Source: Selaginella moellendorffii (taxonomy: Eukaryota > Plantae > Lycopodiophyta). From it: a stretch of DNA of 64,000 bases. Below, one piece after another: positions 35,345 through 44,952 of this stretch. Each line of letters opens with the position of its first letter. Positions within the stretch are counted from its first letter, which is position 1. The position numbers and the translations under genes are program-made. The stretch lies in NCBI RefSeq assembly GCF_000143415.4, contig NW_003314412.1:62001-126000 (forward strand). Reading direction: 5' to 3'. Below the pieces are notes generated by a model, which was not told the DNA's origin, did not search any database, and saw only the letters and a list, made by a program, of their open reading frames with translations.

Positions 35345-37500
35345 CTATGAAGCCATTGGCGGTGTTTGTGGTTCGCCTTCGATTCCAAACTCGGCAGCCT
35401 GGAGCTGGACTTCGTCCCACATAGCTGTCGAAGCTGCTAGTCATTAAGGAAAACAAAAATCCTCTAAGATCACCGCCGCTGCAAGCAATGAATGATCGTG
35501 AGAAAAGAAATAAAAACGAAGGGGATGGATACGATCGGTCCTCCACATATCGGTGATACTGACACCAGCATCCGATAAAAGCCAATAATCAGCATCCGTC
35601 TGTTGCATCACACCGTCAGCTCAGCTACGTGTTGGATAAGGTTTAAATGTTAGCAGCACTTACATCGACTTCAGCTGGCAAAATCTTCATGATGCCGTTT
35701 CCATAGTCGGGCATACTTGATGATTCCGCACCAGCGAAGTGTGATGGAGGCGGCCTTGTAACTACATGCTCTACATTCTCAATGACAGCAATGGTGTTCT
35801 CTTCCACGGTACGGGACGGGCCCGTGAGTTCTAACGTATTCGTTTCTTCGAATTTTTCCTCGAATCGGCTGCGGAGGATTGCGAACCTTAAGACCAGGAA
35901 AAGAGATAAAATCATAATAATACGCACCTCACAAGATATACATCTATGGGTCCCATCGTGCTGCGCAACAATATCTGGTATCGTCTCTGCGGGTACTCAA
36001 CGGCCTGCATATTACAATTAGTTTAGTAAGACCATCCAGATGAAAGATTTCTTAAAAATGCTGAGCTGACCTCGTCCGGATCAGGAACTTCTAGAGTAGT
36101 TCCATGGGGAGCTTTGATCGCAATCAAGGTTTCATTCTGCCAGCCAGAGCAAGCGTTAAAACTAATATATCAGGCTTAGAAAGGACCGAGCAACGCTTAC
36201 TTACACGAAAGCAAGGTAAACTTTTAATGTCGTCCTCGGTCACGTACAACCATCTTCGGTAGAAGTATGAAGTCAAGAAAATTCTGAGGGGTGCGGGAAA
36301 GATAACTGATAAAAAAGGATACTGTTTATTGTTTTCATCTTCACTCAACATTTTCAGCTTTTCCCGCATCTCCCTGATTGGAAAAATGAAAAAGTGCGTC
36401 ATGTTAGAATAGAAGTACAAACCTTATACTTTCGTCTAGGTCCCGTTCCTCGACATGTAGTTCGTCCACTTCGGACTGTTTCGAAGATAACGAAAACCGG
36501 GGTGTGAATAAAACCAGTAAAAGGATGACAATTCTACCTTGAACGCTGTCATGTCAGGTGATATATCCATAGGAGTTGTGAAACCAAGTCCTCTGTTAAA
36601 AACTCCGATTGTGAAACCGTATCATCGATGCTATGCTATGCTCAAGTGACTCACTTCCATCTTATTCTGTTTTTCAACTTCTTTTCTATTAAGCCAATTC
36701 CTTCCAACACATTGGTGATGTCATAGATCCTTCGCTTTTGCACCTGAAAGGCAGAAGAAAGCCTCTCTGAAGCAGCTTGCGAAAGAGACAGACACTGAAT
36801 GCAGCATGCACTTACTTTCAATGTCTCTGCAGCTTTGTTAAGATCAAGGACACCATCCTCAGCTTGCTTAAGTAAGTCAATAAACTTCTTCGTCAAAAGA
36901 CCTGCACAGGAAGAAAACACAGGTCGCTAGAAAAAGCTAGAATCCAAAAACACAGCTTGAGAAAGTATACCCAAGGAACTGTCATAGCGGCATGTACTGA
37001 CTGGTGTTGGCACGCTAGCAGCGGGTGATCCTGCAAAGAACTTGTAAGTTCGCAAACAAGACTTAAAAAAATGGCACTCGAACTTACCACCTACACTACC
37101 GGGAGTTTGAGGGCCACTTTTGGTGGCATTTTTCACGAACTTTGGACGGCTAACACGCTTGGAACCTGGGCCGCACCCAGGAGTAACAACAGGAGACGAG
37201 TGTAAAGAGTCCTCCTGTCACAAGAGAATGATTTTTACGAATTGAGTAACGGATCACTCATTCCACTCAAGAAGAAAAACTTACCGAGAACTTGGACATC
37301 TCCGATCTTTCGCCAAGAAAGCTCTCCCCTTCACCGCCAAAGTGGTGCTCCCCGGCAAACGAGAATGGCGGGCGCTGGAAAACCATACTAGATTTGTGCT
37401 GCTGGAAATCGGGGGGCGCCGCTAGCCCAGACCCATTTCTCTTGAGCTGCGGAGGCGTCTTACCAGAATGTAGGCCGTTGTCGCGGTAGATCTCCACCAT
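35345..37500 (-). CDS. E2F transcription factor (E2FA/B-type), multi-exon, two U12-type introns
   Basis: [79 protein letters not shown] and RBR-binding [18 protein letters not shown]. Confidence 0.94.
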
Positions 37501-37766
37501 GCCGCCTACTCGCCACGCATCTTTCCCGCTGCCCCAGCCCTCGAATTCGCGTCGCCCTAAAATTTCCCCTCGACCGGAGAAGAAAGAGGAGCTCTCCCAC
37601 CGAAAAAACCCAAGACTACACAACACACACACCCACGCCGCTAGCTAGGGTTCCGTCACTTTCACACGCTGGCAAACTCTGCCGGGTGACGTCGCTTGTT
37701 AGGGTTCCGTCAGCGGCAGAAAAGCGCGCGGGCGATAGACAAAATGAATTTCTTTGAAATTGGAGG

Positions 37767-37774
37767 GCGCGAAA
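37767..37774 (-). promoter_or_regulatory. E2F-binding consensus TTTCGCGC in the shared E2F/LysM-RLK upstream region
   Basis: GCGCGAAA on the plus strand matches TTTSSCGS. Confidence 0.45.
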
Positions 37775-38237
37775 TGTGCCTGCCACGTCCCCCCGACAGT
37801 GACGTGGACATTGCGTGGAGGACACGTTGCAGTGACCGGGCACGCCCATGCTAGGGACGACGAGCTCGTCGCTTTCTCCCTCCATTTTAAATCCATCATA
37901 CTGTGCGCCGCGGCAGGCGTCGCATCTTCTAGGGTTTGTGCCGGGGATCGTTTGCGCCGATCTTCACGAAGAGGCGCGGCTCGATCGATCGGATGGCCGC
38001 CTCCGCGTTGGCAATCCCCCGGCGCGCCCCAGCAACAGTGAATCTCTCCGGAGGGTTTTGTGGGGTGATCCAGGCTGGAGAGCGCTCGCAATGCGACAAG
38101 CGATCGTCCACCTTTGTCTCCATGTTTATTATCATCCACGCGTGATCGCTTTTCCCAGTGGAGCTTTCAAGGTTTGCCACCGCCTGCGCTTTCACTCCCA
38201 CGCCCTTGGATCGCGATTCTTTCTCCTCTCCTCGCGT

Positions 38238-40816
38238 ATGAAATGCGGGAGAAGGACGAGGCAGGAAAGAATGGGATCATCATCCAGGCGATCCCGGAGA
38301 AGAAGAGACCCCGTCGCGTTGGTTTGCTCCATTTTCTTCTCCTGGGTGTTTGCTGCGAGCTCGAGCTGTGTTCCTGGAGCTGGATGTCCGCGAGCTCTCC
38401 TGGTTTTTAATATCTCTGCGGTGGATCCAAGCTCGCTACAGGTGATCTACGACAGGTTTTCTACAAGCTCCCAGCTCGTTTCTCAGTACAACCAACTTGG
38501 TAGCGGCAACAACTCAGCACAGATTTTCATTCCTTTCGACTGCCAATGCGTGAGAAAGGTTCTCCAGCACAACTTCCCATATGAGATCGCCCCCGACGAC
38601 ACTACTCTCTTCATCATCGCGAAAGAAAAGTTCCAAGGCTTAACGAGGGATGACTGGATTGCCGAGGCCACGCCATTGAAGGACAAGAACACCATCTTCG
38701 CGGGATTAAACGTCAAGGTTCCCGTCAACTGCTCGTGTGGAAATCCAGACGTGGATCGTAGCTATGGACTTTTTGCTACGTATGTAGTACAGCCGGGTGA
38801 TACGCTCTCGACCATCTCTGCCAGGTTTAAGGTTCCGGACCAGCAACTTCTCCAGCGGTTTAATCCACATATCGACTTCCAGAGGCTTATAGCTCAGAGC
38901 ATTGTCTTCGTTCCGGCCAAAGGTTAGCATTTCTTTTTATTTTGTTTTTGCTTACATTTCCTCGATCTTTTGTCGTTGCTTCTTCTTCGTCTATGTTTTA
39001 GATTCGAATGGTTTATATCCACCTTACAGCAGGTGAAGCTCGCTTTTAAACTTATGTGTCGCATGTCCTAACTATTGGTTTTGCAGCGATGACGGTGAGC
39101 ATGCTTTTTTTCTTCTTTCTTATCAAGGTGGAACAACGCCGATGATTATGCACAAAATTCAGATGGTCACGGTGGAGTCCGGAGGTCTACCATCATTGGT
39201 GCGTCCGTTGGATCGATTCTGGCTGTGCTTCTTGCTGCTGCCGCGGGAATGGTATTCTTCCTGTGGAAAAGAAAACATCTCCAGCAAGACGAGAAAAACG
39301 ATCGTCTTCCTTCGCCAGTAGCCAGCAGCACAGTGTCGGCATTGCGAAAAGCATCAGGTTTGGTATTTACTTGATTATCAGCACACACACACAAATCTAT
39401 GGTGCTGCTACGCAGGAACTCCAACGCCTTCAGGAGTGCTGCGATCAAACATATCCTCGACGACTAGCGTTCGATCTGCAATCTCGGATATTGCTCTGGA
39501 AAAGTCCATTGAGTTTTCACTTCATGAACTTGTAGCGGCTACCAATAACTTCAACGAAACAAACAAGATTGGACAAGGTGGATACGGTTCTGTTTACTAC
39601 GGCTATTTTCGAGATCAGGTGCGATGGTTTCTTACAATCTACAACCTGTTTCTTTCTTTCTTCTGTAAGCAGAAGCTGGCTGTGAAACGGATGAATATGC
39701 AAGCTACCAAGGAGTTTTTATCCGAGCTTAAAATCTTGAGCCGCGTTCATCACTCGAACTTGGTATTTTCACAGGCTTTGTATTTTCAGCTTACTCCAAC
39801 TATCATTTTTCTGCTACAGGTCCAGCTGATAGGATACTGTACAGTTGAGTCTTTGTTTTTAGTTTACGAATTTGTTGATAATGGAACTTTAGCGCAACAC
39901 TTGCACTCCGCAAGTAAGTAGTTCTGCCATTGGTATCTTTATATAATTCTCTGCTTGAGCAGCCCGACCACCACTTAGCTGGTCTTCCAGGATCCAGATA
40001 GCAATGGACGCCGCAAGAGGGCTGGAGTACATACACGAGCACACAAAGCCAACATATATTCACCGAGACATTAAATCCACCAACATTCTCATCGATAAAA
40101 ATCTTCATGCCAAGGTACTGTATGTACAAGATGCTATGCAAGACTTCAAGAGCTCCTTTTGGTAACAGGTTGCTGATTTCGGTCTCAGCAAGCTAACAGA
40201 GACCGGCATGACAAGCATATCACTCACACAACCCACGCGTTTGGTTGGAACATTTGGCTACATGTCTCCAGAGTAAGTTCTCCTGTTCGTGCTTAGAACT
40301 ACTAATTCACGAAGGTCGTTTTTAGATATGCACGATATGGGGATGTCTCGCCATTCCTTGATGTTTACTCGTTTGGCGTAGTCCTGTTTGAGATCATATC
40401 CGCTCAAGAGGCTATAGTAAGAACGCAGAGTGGCATTCTTTCGAATAAGGATGAACAGAAGGGGCTTGCCACACTGGTTAGTTCTTTTGCTACAAAGCAC
40501 AGGATACTTTCTAGCTGCTAACTTCTTCTCTATGGCGATTTGCAGTTTGAGGACGTGCTGCAAGATGATACAAACGGAAAAGAGAGGCTTCGAGACTTGA
40601 TGGATCCTCGGCTGGGTGACAATTACCCACTAGAGGCTGCTTGGAGTGTAAGAAATTTGTTTCCTTTAGTGGTCATCAGCACAATGGCTTGTTTCTTTGC
40701 AGCTCGCGAAATTAGCAGGAGCGTGTACCAAAGAGAACCCCGAGTTGAGGCCCAACATGAGAACAGTGGTGGTGGCGCTTATGACACTCGTGCACAACAC
40801 AGCTAGTAACTCTTAA
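38238..40816 (+). CDS. LysM receptor-like kinase (CERK1/LYK-type, active kinase), multi-exon
   Basis: Signal peptide, CxC motifs (CQC, CSC) between LysM domains, [17 protein letters not shown] segment, [26 protein letters not shown] and [15 protein letters not shown]. Confidence 0.94.
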
Positions 40817-40899
40817 ATCCTCTAAAGGTAAAAACACTTATCTGTAGATACTAAAAACCTTTACAGAAATAAATCGAAGCTTTGCTGGAAATGCGAGAA

Positions 40900-42393
40900 C
40901 TACACAGAGTAAACGTTGGCAAGCAATGCATAGCCACAGCTATCTCTCACACTCTCACGAATCACAAGCTTCGCAGCTAGAGCACCTTGCTCGACGTTCC
41001 TGTGGCTTCTACAAGCAGCCAGGAAGCAAGTCATGCTGAGAAGCCTGGGAACAAAAGGCATGCTTGTGACGAGATCTCTCGCGTCGAGCAAAAACCCAGC
41101 ACGGCCCAGAAGATCTACGAGGCAGCAGTAGTGCTGCTCGCAAGGAGCGATTCCAAAGTCCAAGCTCATCGACACAAACAAGCCACGGGCGAGCTCCAAT
41201 TTGCCTCCATGGCTGCAACAGATGAGAACCGACGTGAAGCACGCCACGTCCGGCGAGTGAAACATCTCCATTGCGTGAAAGATTCGCAGTGCCTCCATGG
41301 AATATGCCCTTCGTCGTGTGCATGCGGCGAGCCTCGAGCTCCACGAGATGAGATTCTGCTCGGGCATTGCCTGGAAAAGAGACACCGTTTGCGAATATGC
41401 CCCACTCTTGGCATTTGCTGCAAGGAATGTGTTCCAAGAGGCAGTGTTTCTCACCGGCATTTTCCAGAAGAAATAAGAGGTGTAATCAAGTTGGCGGTGA
41501 TCAGCATACGTCGCAAGAATTGCGTTCCAAGCGATCTGATCGTACTGTGGCATTCTAGTAAAGATTCTTTGAGATTCTTCAATATGCCCGTTCTGGGCAT
41601 ACAGTGCTAGGATCGTAGTCCATGAAACCAGATCGCTTGCTGGCATTTGATCAAAGAGTGCTCTAGCCTGATCGATTTCTCCTGCGGCAGAAAAGCTAGT
41701 GAGCATCGTATTGAGAGTGACGAGATCAATAACAGGCATGGATCTGAAGATCTCTTGGGCATTTCGTAGATGCAATCCCGCTGAATATGCGGAGATCATG
41801 GCATTATGTGCAAAGATGTTTCTCTCTGGAAGAGTCGCAAACAGGGACTTTGCCTTTTCAATCTCTCCATTTTCTGTGAGAGCTGCAAGAACAATCGTGC
41901 ACGAGACGAGGTCGTGCTCTGGCATTTCCACAAAGAAGAAGTGGGAACATTCCTCTAGATGCCGATTCTGGAATAATGCCGAGAGCATTGCGTTCCAGGC
42001 GATCAAGTCACGTAGCGGCAAGCGCTCAAACACAGCGGCAGCCTGCACCAGCAGGCCATTCCGGGAATATGCCTTGAGCATGGCGGTCCATGCCACAAGA
42101 TTTGAATCTGGGTTGTCCTTGAGCATCTTTCGTGCCTCTACTAGATGCCCGGCTTTGGCAAGTGCGGTCAGCATTACAGCCCATGAAACTGTGTTTACAT
42201 AAGGCATGCTATTAAATACTTGAGATGCTTTGTGTAGATTTCCATTCTGAGCATATGCCGTGAGCAAAGCATTCCATGCTGCAATGTCTTTATTGGGCAT
42301 TTTATTGAAGATTTTCTGGGCATCTTCAAGTTGACCATTTCTGGAATAAGTACATAAAGTTTCCATGTAAGAGATTGATTTGCTGAGGTACAT
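40900..42393 (-). CDS. PLS/SS-repeat PPR protein with E domain, probably 5'-eroded
   Basis: 497-aa ORF of 31-aa S-type repeats, CSHGGKL..HYCCLVDLLGRAG and YALLANVY. Confidence 0.85.
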   Translation of the reverse strand: MYLSKSISYMETLCTYSRNGQLEDAQKIFNKMPNKDIAAWNALLTAYAQNGNLHKASQVFNSMPYVNTVSWAVMLTALAKAGHLVEARKMLKDNPDSNLVAWTAMLKAYSRNGLLVQAAAVFERLPLRDLIAWNAMLSALFQNRHLEECSHFFFVEMPEHDLVSCTIVLAALTENGEIEKAKSLFATLPERNIFAHNAMISAYSAGLHLRNAQEIFRSMPVIDLVTLNTMLTSFSAAGEIDQARALFDQMPASDLVSWTTILALYAQNGHIEESQRIFTRMPQYDQIAWNAILATYADHRQLDYTSYFFWKMPVRNTASWNTFLAANAKSGAYSQTVSLFQAMPEQNLISWSSRLAACTRRRAYSMEALRIFHAMEMFHSPDVACFTSVLICCSHGGKLELARGLFVSMSLDFGIAPCEQHYCCLVDLLGRAGFLLDARDLVTSMPFVPRLLSMTCFLAACRSHRNVEQGALAAKLVIRESVRDSCGYALLANVYSV

Positions 42394-42849
42394 ATTATTG
42401 AATGTAGATTATTTTACCAAAGACATATTTGGGAGTATTTTAACTAGGTTGACCAAGGACACATGAGGATGTTAGGTATGGATAGCAGACATAAGAAACA
42501 AAGTCTTATGCTTTTCAGTTCAAATGTATTAAGACCAATAATTGTAATATTAATATTGTTATAGCTTCATAGCTAGACCTATGTTCAAGGGTAAAAGTTA
42601 AAATGTAAATTACCACATTTAGTTTTGAACCCAATATAAATTACAAATGCTAACCACAAGATTCAAGATTAGGTTGGGTGAAGATTGATGAGAGCTCCTC
42701 AAGTGATCTAAGATGCTATTTCATGTTTAAAATTATCACTTTTGTTTCATAGCAAAAATTACTTTGCTAAATCCATAAGGTGTTCAACCTTAGTAAGTTT
42801 TACTGACATTTGCACTATTAATGGCCTAATTTTGTGACCTTCCCATAAG

Positions 42850-43086
42850 TTTTTGTTCTCATGAATATTTTAGAATAGTAAATAGATTTAAGAAGATTTT
42901 AGATCAATATAAACTTTTTAATTTGAACATTTTCAACTATAGGCACTATTTATGATATATGTCTTTGTTCCCATGAATATTCTAGAATAATAAATAGATT
43001 TAGCCAAATTTTGTGACCCTCTAATAGGTCTTTGTTCCCATGAATATTTTAGAATAATAAATAGATTCAAGAAGATTCTAGATCAA
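42850..43086 (-). promoter_or_regulatory. Orphan, tandemly triplicated relic of the sHSP HSE promoter
   Basis: GAATATT(C/T)TAGAATA occurs at about 42863, 42975 and 43042. GAAGATTCTAGATCAAT near 43071 is identical to 34680. Confidence 0.7.
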
Positions 43087-43266
43087 TGTAAGTTCTGAAT
43101 TTAGACTTTTTAGAAGGTAATCCAACCAGTACTATTCAAACCCAAGGACATTTAATTATAAATATCATAAAACCATTAGCTGATTGAAAAAAGAGGTGCA
43201 TTTTTATTTATGGGGTTTTTCCTTTTACATTTATATTTTTATACTTATATTTCAAGTTTGTTTACA
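43087..43266 (-). mobile_element. Degenerate solo LTR of the Cassandra-like TRIM family
   Basis: TGTAAG...TTTACA, collinear with the reverse complement of LTR 4704-4897 (e.g. ATTCAAACCCAAGGACA, GATTGAAAAAAGAGGTGCA). Confidence 0.8.
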
Positions 43267-43397
43267 ATTTAATATGCTTCCTTACAAATTCACTCCTTTT
43301 TGAATGAAATTTGAGAGCTATATTTCTATTTTAACACTCTATTTCTTCAGTTAATTTGAAGCACTAAATATCAATTTTAATATGTGGTGTAAAACTA

Positions 43398-43532
43398 AAT
43401 ATAAACTATTGAATTTAGACTTTTCAGGAGCTCACCACACCCAGAATTATTTAAACCAAAAAACACTTAACCCTAAGTTTTGCAAAGCTCTTAATTGATC
43501 ATCTTTTAAGTCATTCTTTTTGGTTATTTATA
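43398..43532 (-). mobile_element. Second, more decayed and deleted LTR relic of the same TRIM family
   Basis: TTGAATTTAGACTTTTC...CTCACC...ATTATTTAAACC...CACTTAACCC aligns with the LTR reverse complement. Confidence 0.6.
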
Positions 43533-43619
43533 ATCAACTTATAAAACATGGCTAACTATTAATTAATTATACAGATAACACAATAATAGTTTCTACTAGG
43601 ATCAATTCTCAATATTATT

Positions 43620-44060
43620 CTAGAATTGATAGCAAATACCCCAAGATGATTGTTGTTTAGCATCTTTTGTGTCTATAAAAGATATGAGGCTTTAGCAAGT
43701 GTAATGTGAATTACAACCCATAAATCTACATTCACATAAAGCATGCTGTCAAATATTTGAGATGCTTTTTGAAGATGTCTATTATAAGTATATGTTGTAA
43801 AAAAAGCATAACATAGTGCAATATCTTTACTGGGAATTTTAATAAAGATTTTCTAAGTATTTTCAAGTTAATCATTTCTGAAAAAGGAACTGAACATTGT
43901 TTATTTTGTATTTTATTAATGTTGCTATGTAAGAGATAAATTTATAGAAGTGCATATTGTTGTATGTAAGTTTTAAAACTTCAATCATTTTCCATGGAAT
44001 ATATGAGGTAAAGGATATTTTCTGAGATTGCATTTTCCATTGTTCAAATTTTTTTAATAG
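43620..44060 (-). pseudogene. Heavily AT-drifted PPR relic (paralog of 42204-42350)
   Basis: GCATGCTGTCAAATATTTGAGATGCTTT...TTTCAAGTTAATCATTTCTG is collinear with GCATGCTATTAAATACTTGAGATGCTTT...CTTCAAGTTGACCATTTCTG. Confidence 0.65.
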
Positions 44061-44952
44061 CATGTGTAATAATAAAGCTAAAAGAACTTAATTATTTAAA
44101 ATTGTGCTAGAATAAACAATATTAAAATAATGGTTATTGTGACATAAAAGATTTAAAGCTATATCAATAGGAAATAAATAACTTACACACCTTTCGTAAC
44201 TTATTATATATTTTATATCTGAGTTGTCTTGGTTGATTTGGGTGTACAAATATTTTTTTAAAATTAAAAATCAATCTAATTTTAAAAGTAAGTAGTTATA
44301 TAAAAATTTATTATATAGATATATTCTAATTGATACTTTGCATCTTAACAATATGTAAACTTATAACCAGTCATAAATGCTTAAGAAAATTTATTCAGCT
44401 ATTTAATAAAGAGTGAATCTGAGCGATGTTAAATTTTTATGTGTACTTAATATTTTTAATCTATAATTATATGAGTAAATTATTTATTTCTTACTACTAA
44501 ATTCTACTTTTAATTTTATAGTTGATTTCGTTTTAAACTCACTATTATATGTACATAAATTATAATGCTTTAGTGTAACTTCCTCTTTAATTTTTATCTT
44601 CCACATGTTTAAAGCATTGAGAGTAGTAATAGTACTAGTTGATCAGTTTTATTATTTAAATATTTATTCATGTGAAAAATTATAGAATAATTTAAATATA
44701 AAAAATTGAGTTATTTTAAATTTGTGGTAATTATGGTTAAAATAATACAATTTTATACTTGATAAATGTATACATATCTATCCAGACTTTGATTTGGAAA
44801 TTACTAAATTTCTATAATATAAAATTACTAATTCCAACCAATAATATTAAAGAATATGTAAATAATAAAAAATGCATCACAAATTATAAGAGTTTTATCT
44901 GAATTTCAAAATTAATACCTTTTATCTAAGTACTTTAGGGTTTATAGGTGCC

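Noticed and set aside
35118-35585. 155-aa minus-strand ORF after E2F
   Set aside because: Alternate-frame read through the E2F last intron, last exon and 3'UTR.
37848-38237. Long N-terminal extension of the LysM-RLK ORF
   Set aside because: GC-rich promoter/UTR that is open by chance; the signal peptide follows the ATGs at 38238/38271.
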